NCBI GenBank assembly: GCA_030656575.1
Contig: JAUSPO010000030.1
Location: forward strand, 63,298-127,297
Reading direction: 5' to 3'
Length of the DNA stretch: 64,000 nucleotides
Source: Bacillota bacterium
Lineage (GTDB): Bacteria > Bacillota > Dethiobacteria > DTU022 > UBA8154
In this document: positions 50,923 to 62,590 of the stretch, piece by piece
Numbering within the stretch: position 1 is the first letter of the stretch
Layout of the letters: each line of letters begins with the position of its first letter
Notes under the pieces: model-generated
Databases searched by the model: none
What the model was told of the DNA's origin: nothing
Seen by the model: the letters and a program-made list of their open reading frames with translations, nothing else
Program-made: the position numbers and the translations under genes

Positions 50923-52158
50923 GTGTTTTTCCCGAAATTACGCAATCTTTTAATTTTATTAATTATTATTGTATTCAGTACAACCTGTTTACTCACTGGT
51001 TATGCTTCTCCTCTGCAGCAGACGATCAAAAACACAGAAAATGAACTGGCCCGTATCCAGCAAAATTTGGACGGCAGGGGAAAAGTTCTTGCGGAGTATC
51101 AGAATGAAGAGAAGAAGCTCGAAGGAGAACTGTCGCAGCTTGAAAAAAGTTTAGCTGCTCTCCGCAGGGAGTTAACACAGGTAGAAGCCCAAATTGTGGA
51201 AACAGAAACAAACATACAAATTACAGAGCAGGAACTGGCTGAGGCAGAAAGGCAAATAGAACGGAAAGATGATTTATTAAAAAGACGACTCAGGGCAATG
51301 CATGAAAATGGGGAAACAGGCTATCTTGAAGTTCTTTTTAACGCTTACAGTTTTGCTGAATTTCTGACCAGATTAAATGACCTGACCATCATTGCGGAAA
51401 ATGATTTCGATCTTTTAGAGCAGGCATATCTGGAAAGGCTTGCTATTCAAGAAGTAAAGGACAAGCTAGAAGGAGAAAGAGCAGGTTTACTTGATTTAAA
51501 GGTTCAAAGATTGAATCGTCGTGAAGATATTAATAAACAGTTGGCTGACAGGGAAAAATTGCTGGGCGATCTCCAGAAGAACATAGATGCTACAGAAAAA
51601 GCCATCAAAGAACTTGAGAATGAGGCACAAAAAGTTGAGGATATGATCAAGAAGCTCCAGGAAGAGATGCGACGTCAGACAGAGCGTTTCAATTCTTCCG
51701 GAAAGCTGCTGTGGCCTCTGGCCGAATATGGAACTTCATGGATAACTTCCGGGTACGGCACACGGGTTAATCCAATCACAAGAAAGCCGGGAGAGTTTCA
51801 CGGCGCTATCGACATAGGGATTCCCCGTACACGCTGGCCTGCATCTTCAAACTATAACGGAAACCCAGTTTATATCAGGGCCTCAGATAGCGGCGTCGTA
51901 ATCTTTGCGGGCATAAGCGGAAGCCTTACATATGGTTACGGAAGGCTGATCATAATCAGTCATGGCAAAGGACCTGATGGAAAAGAACTTGCCACGGTTT
52001 ACGCTCACTGTCATTCCCTCCTCGTAGCACCCGGGCAAGAGGTTGCCCGTGGGCAAAATATCGGTATAGTGGGTTCAACCGGTTCCAGTACAGGACCTCA
52101 TCTACATTATGAAGTGAGGGTGGATGGAGTAAGGCAAAATCCTATGAGTAGTTTCTAG
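50923..52158 (+). CDS. coiled-coil M23 (LytM-domain) peptidoglycan endopeptidase, EnvC-like FtsEX partner
   Basis: Signal peptide, long coiled coil, C-terminal HxxxD...HLHYEV M23 motifs. GTG start. Confidence 0.8.
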   Translation: MFFPKLRNLLILLIIIVFSTTCLLTGYASPLQQTIKNTENELARIQQNLDGRGKVLAEYQNEEKKLEGELSQLEKSLAALRRELTQVEAQIVETETNIQITEQELAEAERQIERKDDLLKRRLRAMHENGETGYLEVLFNAYSFAEFLTRLNDLTIIAENDFDLLEQAYLERLAIQEVKDKLEGERAGLLDLKVQRLNRREDINKQLADREKLLGDLQKNIDATEKAIKELENEAQKVEDMIKKLQEEMRRQTERFNSSGKLLWPLAEYGTSWITSGYGTRVNPITRKPGEFHGAIDIGIPRTRWPASSNYNGNPVYIRASDSGVVIFAGISGSLTYGYGRLIIISHGKGPDGKELATVYAHCHSLLVAPGQEVARGQNIGIVGSTGSSTGPHLHYEVRVDGVRQNPMSSF

Positions 52159-52262
52159 ATCACTTCTAAATCCTATTGGGTGGAATTATTTCAATAGAAA
52201 AGGTATAATAAATAAGGAGTGAATTTTACACTGTGGTTTTTTGATAGAAAGATGGTGTTTCC

Positions 52263-53657
52263 ATGAAACGACGGGAACTTATAGCTATGTTGCTGTGTTT
52301 GCTTATTATAAGCAACATAGCAACATATATTTTTACCCGTTTTTTCTTTTCTCCCACTGTCCTTGAGGTAGAAGTTCCAGGACAAAGAGAAGAGAGCGGT
52401 TTATTCTGGGAGGTGTGGAATATCCTGGATGGCAGGTATTTCCAGCCCCTCGAAGAGAAAGAACTCATGAGGGGCGCTATCAAGGGAATGTTGGAGTCTT
52501 TAAATGATCCCCATTCAGCATACCTGACTCCTGAATCGTTTCAGGAATTGCTCATTCATGCCACCGGCTCTTTAAGCGGCATAGGGGTGGAAATTGTTGA
52601 AGATGAAGGGGAGATACTCATTTTAAGGGTAATTAAGGACTCCCCTGCACAAAGGGGCGGATTGTCCGAAGGAGATAGAATTGTGGAGGTGGATGGCAGA
52701 AGGGGTCTGCTCCTTGATGAGGCAGTTCAGCTTTTGCGCGGGCCGAGTGGGACAACAGTAAATGTGGTTGTCAGGCGGCTTGGAGAACAGCAGCTTTTGC
52801 CCTTTGATTTAAAGCGGGCAGATATTGAAATGGATACGGTTTTCTCACGAATGATTGAGGATGGGATCGGGTATATACAAATAACCAGTTTTGATCAGGA
52901 TACGGGGAAGGATTTTTTAAATGCCCTTGCGCTTCTGGAAGAAAATAATCTTCGAGGGCTTATATTTGATCTGCGAAGCAATCCTGGAGGCTTGGCCGAT
53001 GAGGCAATTGAAGTAGGCAAGGTAATTGTACCATCCGGAGAGATTACCAGAGTAGTTGACCGCAGCGGGAATATTCAGGAGAGATTTTATTCAGAGGCGG
53101 AGAAAAAGGATTATAAAATTGTCGTTCTGGTTAATGAATATACTGCCAGTGCAGCAGAGATAATTGCGGGAGCCTTACAGGACCGGGAAAAGGCTCTTCT
53201 GATCGGCTTACCCACATTTGGTAAAGCTTCGATGCAGTATTTGCAGTTTCTAAGTGATGGGGGAGGATTACGATATACCATCGCCAAATATCTTACTCCC
53301 AGTGGGGGAGACTGGCACGGGCGCGGTTTAACGCCTGACTTTGAAGTTACACTTCCTGATGAATACTACCTTCAGTACCAGTTCGTTCCCGGAAACCTGA
53401 AGCCGGGGGATACGGGAGAAAGAGTTATTCAATTACAAAAAATGCTTACCTTTCTAGGGTATCCGGTTAAAACCACAGGTCTATTTGATGACCAGACTGT
53501 GAACAGTTTAATGGAATTTCAGAGAATTAATAAATTAGTTCCAACGGGAAGCCTGGAAAATTCCACAAGAGAACATCTGCGCTCCGGGTTGTCGGAAAAA
53601 GCCGCGGAAGTCGATAATCAGTTACAGTATGCAGTTGATATTCTTAAAGGAAAGTAA
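52263..53657 (+). CDS. ctpA: carboxy-terminal processing protease (S41) with a C-terminal peptidoglycan-binding domain
   Basis: PDZ domain, S41 core (NPGG...SASAAEI), and a PG_binding_1-like tail. Confidence 0.85.
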   Translation: MKRRELIAMLLCLLIISNIATYIFTRFFFSPTVLEVEVPGQREESGLFWEVWNILDGRYFQPLEEKELMRGAIKGMLESLNDPHSAYLTPESFQELLIHATGSLSGIGVEIVEDEGEILILRVIKDSPAQRGGLSEGDRIVEVDGRRGLLLDEAVQLLRGPSGTTVNVVVRRLGEQQLLPFDLKRADIEMDTVFSRMIEDGIGYIQITSFDQDTGKDFLNALALLEENNLRGLIFDLRSNPGGLADEAIEVGKVIVPSGEITRVVDRSGNIQERFYSEAEKKDYKIVVLVNEYTASAAEIIAGALQDREKALLIGLPTFGKASMQYLQFLSDGGGLRYTIAKYLTPSGGDWHGRGLTPDFEVTLPDEYYLQYQFVPGNLKPGDTGERVIQLQKMLTFLGYPVKTTGLFDDQTVNSLMEFQRINKLVPTGSLENSTREHLRSGLSEKAAEVDNQLQYAVDILKGK

Positions 53658-53687
53658 ATATTAGTTAATTAGAGAGGAGCATGGCAG

Positions 53688-54992
53688 TTGACTTTTTGGA
53701 TTGATATATCAATATTAATGATCAAAACCATGGCCATGGCTGTGCTGAATCCCTTCTTCTGGCTTGTTGTTTTTATTGTCTTTATGCAGTATCGTCGGGT
53801 TGTAACAATGGAGAAGAAACTTTTTGGCCGACCCATTAATAATATGTGGAAGCAAACCCTTTACTCTGTTGTATTTGGGCTTATGGGAGGTTTTTTTGGC
53901 AGTATCTTTCTTCTCTTGCTGGGGATTTCCCTGGATAGAATAGGTATTACCTATATCTGGCCCATAGCCATCCTGCTGCTGCTCATAAACCCCCGTTTTC
54001 TGTGCTTTGCCTATGCAGGGGGGATTATTGCTGTAGCTGCTATTGCTATCAGGGGCCTGTTACCCTTTTGGCCGGTTCTTGGCGATATTAGTTTTTTTGT
54101 AGGTTTAATTGACATTCACATCCCGAGCCTCCTGGCTTTGGTGGGAATTCTACACCTAACCGAGGCATTTTTAATTTATGTAAGCGGTCACCTGGGAGCA
54201 AGCCCTATTTACCTTAAGACTCCTTCAGGGCAGGTAGTTGGTGGTTACAGCATGCAGCGTTTTTGGCCTCTTCCTTTAATGGGCTTGTGGACCTTGCTTG
54301 TTGCTGAAACCTCTAACATATTTGTGGGAGGAGTTCCCATGCCTGAGTGGTGGCCTCTTCTGGGGACGGTGATGAGCACTGGTGGAGCAGAGGAAAAAAT
54401 AATTTATCTCATGGTTCCCCTCGTGGCGGGATTGGGTTACAGCGATCTGGCTTTATCCAGCCACCCTCAGAAAAAAAGGGTAAAAACTGCCTGGAATCTT
54501 GCTATCTACAGCCTGGTTCTATCAGCTCTGGCCATTACTGCAGCGTTTGTTCCCTTTATGATCATTCCCGCGGCCCTCATGGCGCCCCTTGGTCATGAAT
54601 TCCTGATCAGGCAGGGGAATAAAGATGAATTCTCCAAACCACCACTTTTTGATTCGGACCATAACGATGGTTTAACTATAATGGCTGTCATTCCTGATTC
54701 TCCTGCAGAAAAGGCCGGTTTGCAGAGCGGTGATAAGCTGGTGGAAGTCAATCATCAGCATATTGAATCGGAGTTAGATTTTTGGAATATCTTACGTGTA
54801 AATTATTATCGTGTTTTTTTAACAATTAAGAGGAGTGGGAAGCAAATAAATCTGCCGGTACAGATTCATCCCCTGCCGGTGAGCCAGTTTGGTCTCATTT
54901 TTGCTCCTGGAAGGCTTGCAAATGTATATGTGGAGATGAAACAAAGTTCCATGTTAAAGAATATCCGCCGGCGCTTTTCAAGGCGTAAATAG
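53688..54992 (+). CDS. polytopic membrane protein with a C-terminal PDZ domain; no HExxH seen
   Basis: Multiple TM helices followed by AVIPDSPAEKAGLQSGDKLVEVN. Confidence 0.5.
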   Translation: MTFWIDISILMIKTMAMAVLNPFFWLVVFIVFMQYRRVVTMEKKLFGRPINNMWKQTLYSVVFGLMGGFFGSIFLLLLGISLDRIGITYIWPIAILLLLINPRFLCFAYAGGIIAVAAIAIRGLLPFWPVLGDISFFVGLIDIHIPSLLALVGILHLTEAFLIYVSGHLGASPIYLKTPSGQVVGGYSMQRFWPLPLMGLWTLLVAETSNIFVGGVPMPEWWPLLGTVMSTGGAEEKIIYLMVPLVAGLGYSDLALSSHPQKKRVKTAWNLAIYSLVLSALAITAAFVPFMIIPAALMAPLGHEFLIRQGNKDEFSKPPLFDSDHNDGLTIMAVIPDSPAEKAGLQSGDKLVEVNHQHIESELDFWNILRVNYYRVFLTIKRSGKQINLPVQIHPLPVSQFGLIFAPGRLANVYVEMKQSSMLKNIRRRFSRRK

Positions 54993-55072
54993 GGGTCTTT
55001 TCACTGTAGGTATATTTTAATATCTGTAGGTTAAAATAACCTATTGAAAAATTGTAAAGGATGAGGCGGATT

Positions 55073-55546
55073 ATGCCTGTGTCGGATGAAGTCAATATCA
55101 AACTTGACAAGATAGTAAATAATTTACGTCAAAGCCGTTTTAAGCTGGAGCAATTATTAATTACAATGCAGCAGCAGCAGCAGACCCTTCTGGACAGCAT
55201 GCAGAAGATCATGGAAGAGCAACTGACTTTACAGAACAGTATCTCAGGGAGTCTTTCACAGTTTGAAGAAAAAGCAGGGGCAAGCCAGGGACTGCAGGGG
55301 TTTTTTCATGGGAATCCTCTATTAAAGAATTCAATTATGCAAAAAAGGGTTGCCATGGAACAAAATCTACAGAAATTAAGAGAGATGAGCTTTCAAATGC
55401 AGCAAAAAATTCAGCTCCTGGGGAAATCTATTCAAGATGTTGGACGATATATCTCTCCTGAGATTGAACATGATGAAACAAGTGTGGAAGAAATTATTAA
55501 GTTTTTGGAACAAACTCCTGAAAAGAGGGTCTTGGTAGAGAAGTAA
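55073..55546 (+). CDS. hypothetical Gln-rich coiled-coil protein
   Basis: 157-aa ORF (MPVSDEVNIKLDKIVNNL...) with heptad-like periodicity. Confidence 0.35.
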   Translation: MPVSDEVNIKLDKIVNNLRQSRFKLEQLLITMQQQQQTLLDSMQKIMEEQLTLQNSISGSLSQFEEKAGASQGLQGFFHGNPLLKNSIMQKRVAMEQNLQKLREMSFQMQQKIQLLGKSIQDVGRYISPEIEHDETSVEEIIKFLEQTPEKRVLVEK

Positions 55547-55647
55547 ACTTTCTTTATAGTTAAGCTGAAGCATCCAGGCTGCGGAAACCGTGGCCTTTTT
55601 TTGTAGCTGTTATCACTACATCGAAAGATTGCTTGTTTCGTTACATC

Positions 55648-55776
55648 GCTAAGCCACGGGGACGGTTCCATCGTCTTCCCACTATCTATGGTAAGGGGAC
55701 ACACCTCTTTTAGAGGAATGTCCCCAAGTCCTCCGCTGCGCTGCGGTGACGCTCGAACCGTCCCCATGGCACCGCT
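55648..55776. repeat. intact, intron-free copy (copy B) of the roughly 130-bp palindromic repeat element, inverted relative to copy A; an unoccupied group II intron homing site
   Basis: Terminal inverted repeats ccacggggacggttc / gaaccgtccccatgg, with the internal hairpin ggggacacacctc-tttta-gaggaatgtcccc. The reverse complement matches 9957-10042 plus 11964-12012 contiguously. Confidence 0.75.
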
Positions 55777-55904
55777 TATCTCTTTTCCCCTTGTTTCTCC
55801 TACGTTTGAGTCTTTTTTCTTTTACTGTTTATGTGGTATAATATTCTGATAGGCTGCTTGTAGTTAATAAAATTTTAGAGGAAAAGGGAAGGGTTTGGGG
55901 AACC

Positions 55905-57896
55905 ATGTCAAAGTTTCAATTAGTTTCTGATTTTTTACCCCAGGGAGACCAGCCCCAGGCTATTGAAAGATTATACAGGGGGCTGCAAGAGGGCTTGGAA
56001 CACCAGGTTTTGCTGGGAGTCACTGGTTCTGGCAAGACATTTACGATGGCAAATATCATTGAACGCTTCCAAAAACCCACGCTGGTGATGGCTCCCAACA
56101 AAACCCTCGCCGCTCAGCTCTGTAGTGAGTTTAAAGAGTTTTTCCCCCACAATGCAGTAGAGTTTTTTATAAGTTATTATGACTATTACCAACCAGAGGC
56201 CTATATTCCCCAATCGGATACCTATATTGAGAAAGATTCAGCCATTAATGATGAGATAGATAAGCTCCGGCATTCTGCTACCAGTGCCCTTCTTGAAAGG
56301 GAAGATGTGATCATTGTCGCCAGTGTTTCCTGTATTTACGGACTCGGTTCACCACTGGAATATGGGGAACAGGTTCTTTCACTGAGGGTAGGTATGCAAA
56401 AGAGCCGTGATGAGCTGCTGCGCAAACTAGTTGCCATTCAATATGAGCGAAACGATTATGATTTTTCCAGAGGTACCTTTCGCGTCCGGGGTGATACGAT
56501 CGAGATTTTCCCTGCTTCCTTTACTGACGCTGCTATCCGTGTGGAGATGTTTGGTGATGAAATAGAGAGATTAAGAGAGATCGATGTGGTTACAGGGGTT
56601 GTGCAGGCGGAACGTGATCACGTGGCTATTTTCCCGGCATCCCATTACGTGACGGGCAAGGAGCGCTTGGGGGAGGCAATCAGAGATATTGAAGAAGAAT
56701 TAAGCCAGCAGTTGAGAAGGCTCAGGTCTGAGGGAAAATTACTGGAAGCGCAGCGCCTTGAACAACGGACAATCTATGATCTGGAAATGATGCAGGAAAT
56801 GGGTTTCTGCACAGGTATAGAAAATTATTCCCGCCATCTGGACAGGCGTCCCTCCGGCAGCAGGCCGTATACCCTCATTGATTATTTTCCCCGGGATTTC
56901 CTGCTCTTTGTGGATGAATCACACGTGGGCATTCCACAGGTTAACGGTATGTATGCAGGGGATTTTTCACGTAAGAAAACTTTAGTGGAGCATGGGTTCC
57001 GTCTTCCTTCCGCCCTTGATAACAGGCCCCTGAAGTTTGATGAATTCAGCGCTCTCGTAAACCAGGTTATTTACGTTTCTGCTACTCCCAGCCTCTATGA
57101 GACGGGAAAAAGCGCGCAGATTGTTGAACAGATTATGAGGCCAACAGGTCTGGTTGATCCTGAGATTCATATCCGCCCTGTGGATGGACAGGTTGATGAT
57201 CTCTACGGTGAGATAAAAAAGAGGGTTTCCAAAAAGGAAAGAGTTCTTGTAACTACTCTTACAAAGCGAATGGCGGAAGATCTCACCGATTACTACCAGG
57301 AGATGGGGCTTAAAGTTAAATACATGCATTCGGATATTGATGCTCTGGAGCGTCTGGAAATCATCAGAGGCCTGAGAACAGGAGATTTTGATGTGCTCAT
57401 TGGAATTAACCTTTTAAGGGAAGGCCTAGATCTCCCGGAGGTTTCACTTGTGGCAATTCTGGATGCAGATAAAGAAGGATTTTTGCGTTCTGAGCGTTCT
57501 TTGATCCAGACTACAGGACGCGCTTCCCGTAACATTAACGGCCAGGTTATTATGTATGCTCATAAGATTACTCCTTCCATGCGTGCGGCCATTGACAAAA
57601 CGGAAAAGCGCAGGGAAAGGCAGGTTGCTTTTAACCTGGAGCACAATATTACCCCCAGGTCCATAGTCAAGTCTATCAGGGCACCTCTTGAGGCTACCAG
57701 GGTAATGGAAGAATCTTCTGTCTACTCTACGGAAAAGATCAGGGCTATGGGGCAGAAGGAGCGGGAGAAGCTGTGGCGTGAGCTTGAAAAAGAAATGAAG
57801 TCTGCTTCCCGTGAACTTGATTTTGAAAAAGCAGCGGAGCTAAGGGATATTATCTTTGAAATACGTTCCTCGGGTAAGAAATGGGCACAAAGGTAA
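55905..57896 (+). CDS. uvrB: excinuclease ABC subunit B
   Basis: [12 protein letters not shown], helicase motifs, and the C-terminal UVR domain. Confidence 0.95.
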   Translation: MSKFQLVSDFLPQGDQPQAIERLYRGLQEGLEHQVLLGVTGSGKTFTMANIIERFQKPTLVMAPNKTLAAQLCSEFKEFFPHNAVEFFISYYDYYQPEAYIPQSDTYIEKDSAINDEIDKLRHSATSALLEREDVIIVASVSCIYGLGSPLEYGEQVLSLRVGMQKSRDELLRKLVAIQYERNDYDFSRGTFRVRGDTIEIFPASFTDAAIRVEMFGDEIERLREIDVVTGVVQAERDHVAIFPASHYVTGKERLGEAIRDIEEELSQQLRRLRSEGKLLEAQRLEQRTIYDLEMMQEMGFCTGIENYSRHLDRRPSGSRPYTLIDYFPRDFLLFVDESHVGIPQVNGMYAGDFSRKKTLVEHGFRLPSALDNRPLKFDEFSALVNQVIYVSATPSLYETGKSAQIVEQIMRPTGLVDPEIHIRPVDGQVDDLYGEIKKRVSKKERVLVTTLTKRMAEDLTDYYQEMGLKVKYMHSDIDALERLEIIRGLRTGDFDVLIGINLLREGLDLPEVSLVAILDADKEGFLRSERSLIQTTGRASRNINGQVIMYAHKITPSMRAAIDKTEKRRERQVAFNLEHNITPRSIVKSIRAPLEATRVMEESSVYSTEKIRAMGQKEREKLWRELEKEMKSASRELDFEKAAELRDIIFEIRSSGKKWAQR

Positions 57897-57916
57897 GGAA
57901 CACACAGGAGGCGCAA

Positions 57917-60739
57917 ATGGATAAAATAATTATTAAGGGAGCCAGGGAGCATAATCTAAAAAATATTAACATTGAGATTCCCCGTGACAAGCTGATCATA
58001 ATAACCGGCCTAAGCGGATCGGGCAAATCGTCATTGGCATTTGATACTATCTATGCTGAAGGGCAGCGCCGCTACGTGGAATCTCTCTCTGCCTATGCGC
58101 GGCAGTTTCTGGGGCAGATGGATAAACCGGATGTGGACTTTATTGAGGGGCTCTCTCCTGCCGTTTCTATTGACCAAAAAAGCACTTCACGGAACCCCCG
58201 GTCCACAGTGGGAACTGTAACTGAGATATATGATTACCTACGTCTTTTATATGCCCGAATCGGCCGCCCCCACTGCCCGCACTGTCAGAAGCCAATCACA
58301 GGCCAGACTGTCCAGCAAATAGTGGACCAGCTTACCGGACTGCCGGAAGGGTCCCGCCTGCAGGTCATGGCTCCTCTGGTGCGGGGACGTAAAGGGGAAT
58401 ACGGAGCACTTTTTGAAGAGCTGCGTAAAAAGGGCTATGTACGGATCCGTGTGGATGGAGAGATAAGAGAGCTGGATGAAAATATATCATTGGACAAAAA
58501 AAAGAAGCATCACATTGAAGTTATTATCGATCGCCTCATTGTCCGTGAAGGCATGGGGATGCGGCTGGCCGATTCACTGGAAATCGCCCTGGACTTAGGT
58601 GATGGTTTAGTGATTGTCCAGGAGATTGAGAAAGGGGACGAAAAGATTTTCAGCAGCAGCTTTGCCTGTATAGAATGCGGCTTTAGCTTTGAAGAGCTCT
58701 CCCCGCGCATGTTTTCCTTTAACAGTCCTTACGGTGCCTGTCCCCAGTGCAGCGGCCTTGGCATCACTTTGGAATTCGATCCGGAACTTGTTATTCCCAA
58801 TGACCAGCTTTCCCTTGCGGAAGGGGCTGTTCATCCCTGGGGAGGAAGCCAGGGTTACTACAAGCAATTTTTGGAGTCTTTTGCAAGTCATTTTAATCTG
58901 GACCTGCGTAAACCCTTTGCCTTGTTTAGCGAGGAAGAAAAAGAACTGATTTTTAATGGTGCTCCGGAGACTATTTCTTTTCGCTATGCAAGCCCATACC
59001 GTGGGAGGACAAGGTATCATAAGAAGGCTTTCCCCGGCGTATTAGGCCTTCTGGAAAGACGTTACCGGGACTCTGAAAGTGATGCAAGCAGGGCTGAGTT
59101 GGCTCGTTATATGAGCAGCAAACCCTGTCAGAGCTGCGGAGGCGCCAGGCTTAAGGAAGCCAGCCTCTCAATAACCGTAGGGGGAAAAAATATTTCTGAG
59201 CTGACAAGTTCTACTGTTGAGGAGACTCAGAGTTTTCTTTCCATGCTTACATTAACGGAAAAAGAAAGCTATATTTCCCGCCAGGTATTAAAGGAAATAT
59301 CCACCAGGCTTGGGTTTCTCCTCGATGTGGGCCTGGGTTATCTTACTCTGAACCGCAGCGCTGCCACCCTCTCGGGCGGTGAAGCACAGCGTATACGCCT
59401 TGCCACCCAGATAGGTTCAGGTCTGACAGGAGTAATCTATATTCTGGATGAGCCCAGCATTGGTCTGCATCAGAGGGATAACTGCCGCCTGCTGCAGACT
59501 CTTTTCAGGCTGCGGGATCTGGGTAACACGGTTATCGTTGTGGAACATGATGACGATACGATGCGCAGCGCTGATCATATTATAGATATGGGACCGGGAG
59601 CCGGAGAAACGGGGGGGTATGTTGTCGCCGCCGGTTCTCTGGAAGAGATTATGGCCGAGGCATCCTCGATTACAGGAGATTACCTGGCTGGAAGGCGTTC
59701 TATAGCACTGCCTCAGGCAAGGCGGGATCTGCAGGGTCGCTGGCTGGAAATAAAAGGGGCTCGGGAAAATAATTTAAAAAACATTGATGCCAGGTTTCCA
59801 CTTGGGGTTTTTACTTGTGTTACGGGAGTTTCCGGTTCGGGAAAAAGTACTCTCGTAAACGGACTTCTTGCCAAAGCTCTGGCACAGAAACTGCATAGGG
59901 CAAGAGAACGTCCCGGGGAATTTTTGGAGATCAGCGGTATAGAAAACCTGGATAAGGTTATTGAAATTGACCAATCGCCTATCGGCAGGACCCCCCGTTC
60001 CAATCCGGCAACGTACACAAGTGTATTTGACGGGATCAGGGAACTTTTTTCACAAACAACGGAGGCAAAGATGAGGGGTTATAAGCCCGGACGTTTCAGC
60101 TTTAACGTAAAGGGCGGCCGATGTGAGGCCTGCCGCGGGGATGGTATTCTTCGAATTGAAATGCATTTTCTGCCTGATGTATATGTGCCATGTGAGGTCT
60201 GCAAGGGCAAAAGATATAACAGGGAAACCCTTGAGGTGGCGTATAAGGGGAAAAATATCAGTCAGGTTCTGGAGATGAGCGTTGAAGATGCCCTGGAGTT
60301 TTTTAAGAAGATACCCCGTATTCAGAGGCGCCTGCAGACCCTTGTTGACGTGGGGTTGGGCTATATCCGCCTTGGACAGCCGGCAACAACTCTCTCCGGT
60401 GGGGAAGCCCAGAGGGTTAAACTGGCCAGCGAGCTTTCCCGGCGCAGCAATGGGAGGACTCTGTATATTCTGGACGAACCCACAACAGGCCTGCATGTTG
60501 ATGACATCAAAAAGCTTCTCGCTATTCTGGAAAGATTAGTGGATAACGGAGATACTGTGATAGTGATCGAACATAATATGGAGGTTATCAAGATGGCTGA
60601 TTATATTATCGACCTTGGACCCGAAGGCGGAGAAAAGGGCGGAGAAATCGTTGTGCAGGGAACTCCTGAAGAAGTGGTGGAGGTTGAGAAATCCTATACG
60701 GGAGAATTCTTAAAAGACTATCTTAAATTGCCGGTCTAA
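57917..60739 (+). CDS. uvrA: excinuclease ABC subunit A
   Basis: Two ABC ATPase modules (GLSGSGKSS / GVSGSGKST) and zinc fingers. Start assigned to the ATG at 57917. Confidence 0.95.
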   Translation: MDKIIIKGAREHNLKNINIEIPRDKLIIITGLSGSGKSSLAFDTIYAEGQRRYVESLSAYARQFLGQMDKPDVDFIEGLSPAVSIDQKSTSRNPRSTVGTVTEIYDYLRLLYARIGRPHCPHCQKPITGQTVQQIVDQLTGLPEGSRLQVMAPLVRGRKGEYGALFEELRKKGYVRIRVDGEIRELDENISLDKKKKHHIEVIIDRLIVREGMGMRLADSLEIALDLGDGLVIVQEIEKGDEKIFSSSFACIECGFSFEELSPRMFSFNSPYGACPQCSGLGITLEFDPELVIPNDQLSLAEGAVHPWGGSQGYYKQFLESFASHFNLDLRKPFALFSEEEKELIFNGAPETISFRYASPYRGRTRYHKKAFPGVLGLLERRYRDSESDASRAELARYMSSKPCQSCGGARLKEASLSITVGGKNISELTSSTVEETQSFLSMLTLTEKESYISRQVLKEISTRLGFLLDVGLGYLTLNRSAATLSGGEAQRIRLATQIGSGLTGVIYILDEPSIGLHQRDNCRLLQTLFRLRDLGNTVIVVEHDDDTMRSADHIIDMGPGAGETGGYVVAAGSLEEIMAEASSITGDYLAGRRSIALPQARRDLQGRWLEIKGARENNLKNIDARFPLGVFTCVTGVSGSGKSTLVNGLLAKALAQKLHRARERPGEFLEISGIENLDKVIEIDQSPIGRTPRSNPATYTSVFDGIRELFSQTTEAKMRGYKPGRFSFNVKGGRCEACRGDGILRIEMHFLPDVYVPCEVCKGKRYNRETLEVAYKGKNISQVLEMSVEDALEFFKKIPRIQRRLQTLVDVGLGYIRLGQPATTLSGGEAQRVKLASELSRRSNGRTLYILDEPTTGLHVDDIKKLLAILERLVDNGDTVIVIEHNMEVIKMADYIIDLGPEGGEKGGEIVVQGTPEEVVEVEKSYTGEFLKDYLKLPV

Positions 60740-60756
60740 ACTGGAGGTTTGTTTTC

Positions 60757-62589
60757 GTGGAAGATCCGAGAGAGCTGCTTCTTGCGCAGGTGCAACAATT
60801 ACCTCATAGCCCCGGGGTTTATCTTTTTAAGGATAAAAAGGATAAGATCATTTATGTGGGCAAGGCTCTGAATTTGCGCAACAGGGTTCGTTCATATTTT
60901 CAGAAACCTTCCCTCAGTGCTCCCCGTTTAAGAATACTGGTGGAGAATATTTCTTATTTCTCTTTTATTATTACGGATTCTGAAGCGGAAGCTTTTATGC
61001 TGGAGTCAAATCTTATTAAAGAGCATTCGCCCCGCTATAATGTTCAGTTTAAGGATGATAAGCATTATCCGTACCTGCGGCTTACCACAGAGGAACCTTT
61101 CCCCCGGCTGGAAGTGGCACGCAGGGTTGAACGGAAGGGTTCCAAGTATTTCGGTCCTTATAGTAAGGCTGGATCCATGAGGGAAACTATTAGGTTGATC
61201 AAAAAGCTCTTTCCCTTGCGCAGCTGTCGGCAGCAGTTGGTTGATGGAGAGACGAAAGGGCGCCCCTGTCTTAATTACCAGATTAAACGCTGCCTGGCTC
61301 CCTGTCGTGGGGACCTGTCCTCTCAGGAATATTCCAGTGTGGTTGAACAGGTTGCTCTTTTTTTAGAAGGGCGGCAGTTATCCCTCCTCAAAAAGATTGA
61401 AAAAGAGATGAATGCTGCAGCAAATGAAATGGAATTTGAAAAAGCTGCCAGACTAAGGGACCAATACTTTTCACTTCAGCGGTTAATGGAGCGTCAAAAG
61501 GCTGTAACTAATGACCTGAAAGACAGGGATATTATTGCCCTCGTAGAACTGGCTCAGGTCTTTACAGTGGGGCTTTTTCGCATTCGTGGAGGAAAATTAC
61601 TTGGATCAGAATATTTTCATCCAAAGGGAACAACTGATGCCGAAGCGGGAGAGGTTATGAAAGAATTTTTAAGACAGTATTATGATCAAGGTTCTTATAT
61701 TCCACCTGAATTATTATTGTCCCATCTTCCTGCGGAAGATGTCCTTCTGTCTGAATGGTTAAGGATCCAGAGAAATAATAAAAAAGTGAAATTGAAAGTT
61801 CCTGTCCGGGGAGAGAAGAAGTCCCTTGTTGATCTTGTCAAAAAAAATGCTCTTTTGCACATAAAACAGGAAAAAGAAGATTTACAGGTAAGAGAGTCCT
61901 CTCTGGAAAAGCTGGCAAAAATTCTTGGCTTGAAGGATGCGCCCAGTAGAATTGAAGGTTATGATATTTCCCACTATGCCGGTCAGGGAACAGTGGGGTC
62001 CATGGTTGTCTTTATGGAAGGGAAGCCCTGGAAGGAAGGATACCGTCGTTATAAGATACGTCAGGCCGGGCCTGCTGATGATTACGGCGCACTGGCGGAA
62101 ATGCTGCAAAGGCGCTTTCTGAATACAGAGCTTCCTTACCCCTCCCTCATTCTCATAGACGGAGGGCGGGGACAGCTTTCCACTGCTCAGTCGGTGCTGG
62201 AAGAGAATGGCCTTCAGGATATTCCCCCTGCTGCCCTGGCAAAAGAGCAGGAACATATATTTATTCCAGGCCAAAGAGCACCTCTTATTTTGCCGGCCTC
62301 TGACCCTGCCCTGAAGCTGCTGCAGCAGGTACGTGATGAGGCTCACCGTTTTGCCGTTTCTTTTAGCCGGGATTTAATGTTGAAAAGCAGTCTTTCTTCT
62401 TTTCTGGAGGATATTCCGGGGATAGGAAAGGTGCGCAGAAAAGCGATTCTTAAGCATTTTACAGATCTGGAAGCAGTCATTAATGCCTCTCTAGACGAGA
62501 TTAAATCCGTACCTGCGATGAACAGGACTACTGCTGAAAGGCTATATAAAGAACTGCAAACAAAAAATTCTGTTTTAAGGAGGCAGTGA
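60757..62589 (+). CDS. uvrC: excinuclease ABC subunit C
   Basis: GIY-YIG N-terminus (GVYLFKDKKDKIIYVGKA), UVR domain and C-terminal HhH. GTG start. Confidence 0.95.
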   Translation: MEDPRELLLAQVQQLPHSPGVYLFKDKKDKIIYVGKALNLRNRVRSYFQKPSLSAPRLRILVENISYFSFIITDSEAEAFMLESNLIKEHSPRYNVQFKDDKHYPYLRLTTEEPFPRLEVARRVERKGSKYFGPYSKAGSMRETIRLIKKLFPLRSCRQQLVDGETKGRPCLNYQIKRCLAPCRGDLSSQEYSSVVEQVALFLEGRQLSLLKKIEKEMNAAANEMEFEKAARLRDQYFSLQRLMERQKAVTNDLKDRDIIALVELAQVFTVGLFRIRGGKLLGSEYFHPKGTTDAEAGEVMKEFLRQYYDQGSYIPPELLLSHLPAEDVLLSEWLRIQRNNKKVKLKVPVRGEKKSLVDLVKKNALLHIKQEKEDLQVRESSLEKLAKILGLKDAPSRIEGYDISHYAGQGTVGSMVVFMEGKPWKEGYRRYKIRQAGPADDYGALAEMLQRRFLNTELPYPSLILIDGGRGQLSTAQSVLEENGLQDIPPAALAKEQEHIFIPGQRAPLILPASDPALKLLQQVRDEAHRFAVSFSRDLMLKSSLSSFLEDIPGIGKVRRKAILKHFTDLEAVINASLDEIKSVPAMNRTTAERLYKELQTKNSVLRRQ

Positions 62590-62590
62590 T

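Noticed and set aside
58510-60591. Several 66-148-aa minus-strand ORFs within uvrA (for example 58607-59020, 60050-60496)
   Set aside because: They are antisense to a conserved ABC ATPase gene in GC-rich codon context; shadow ORFs.
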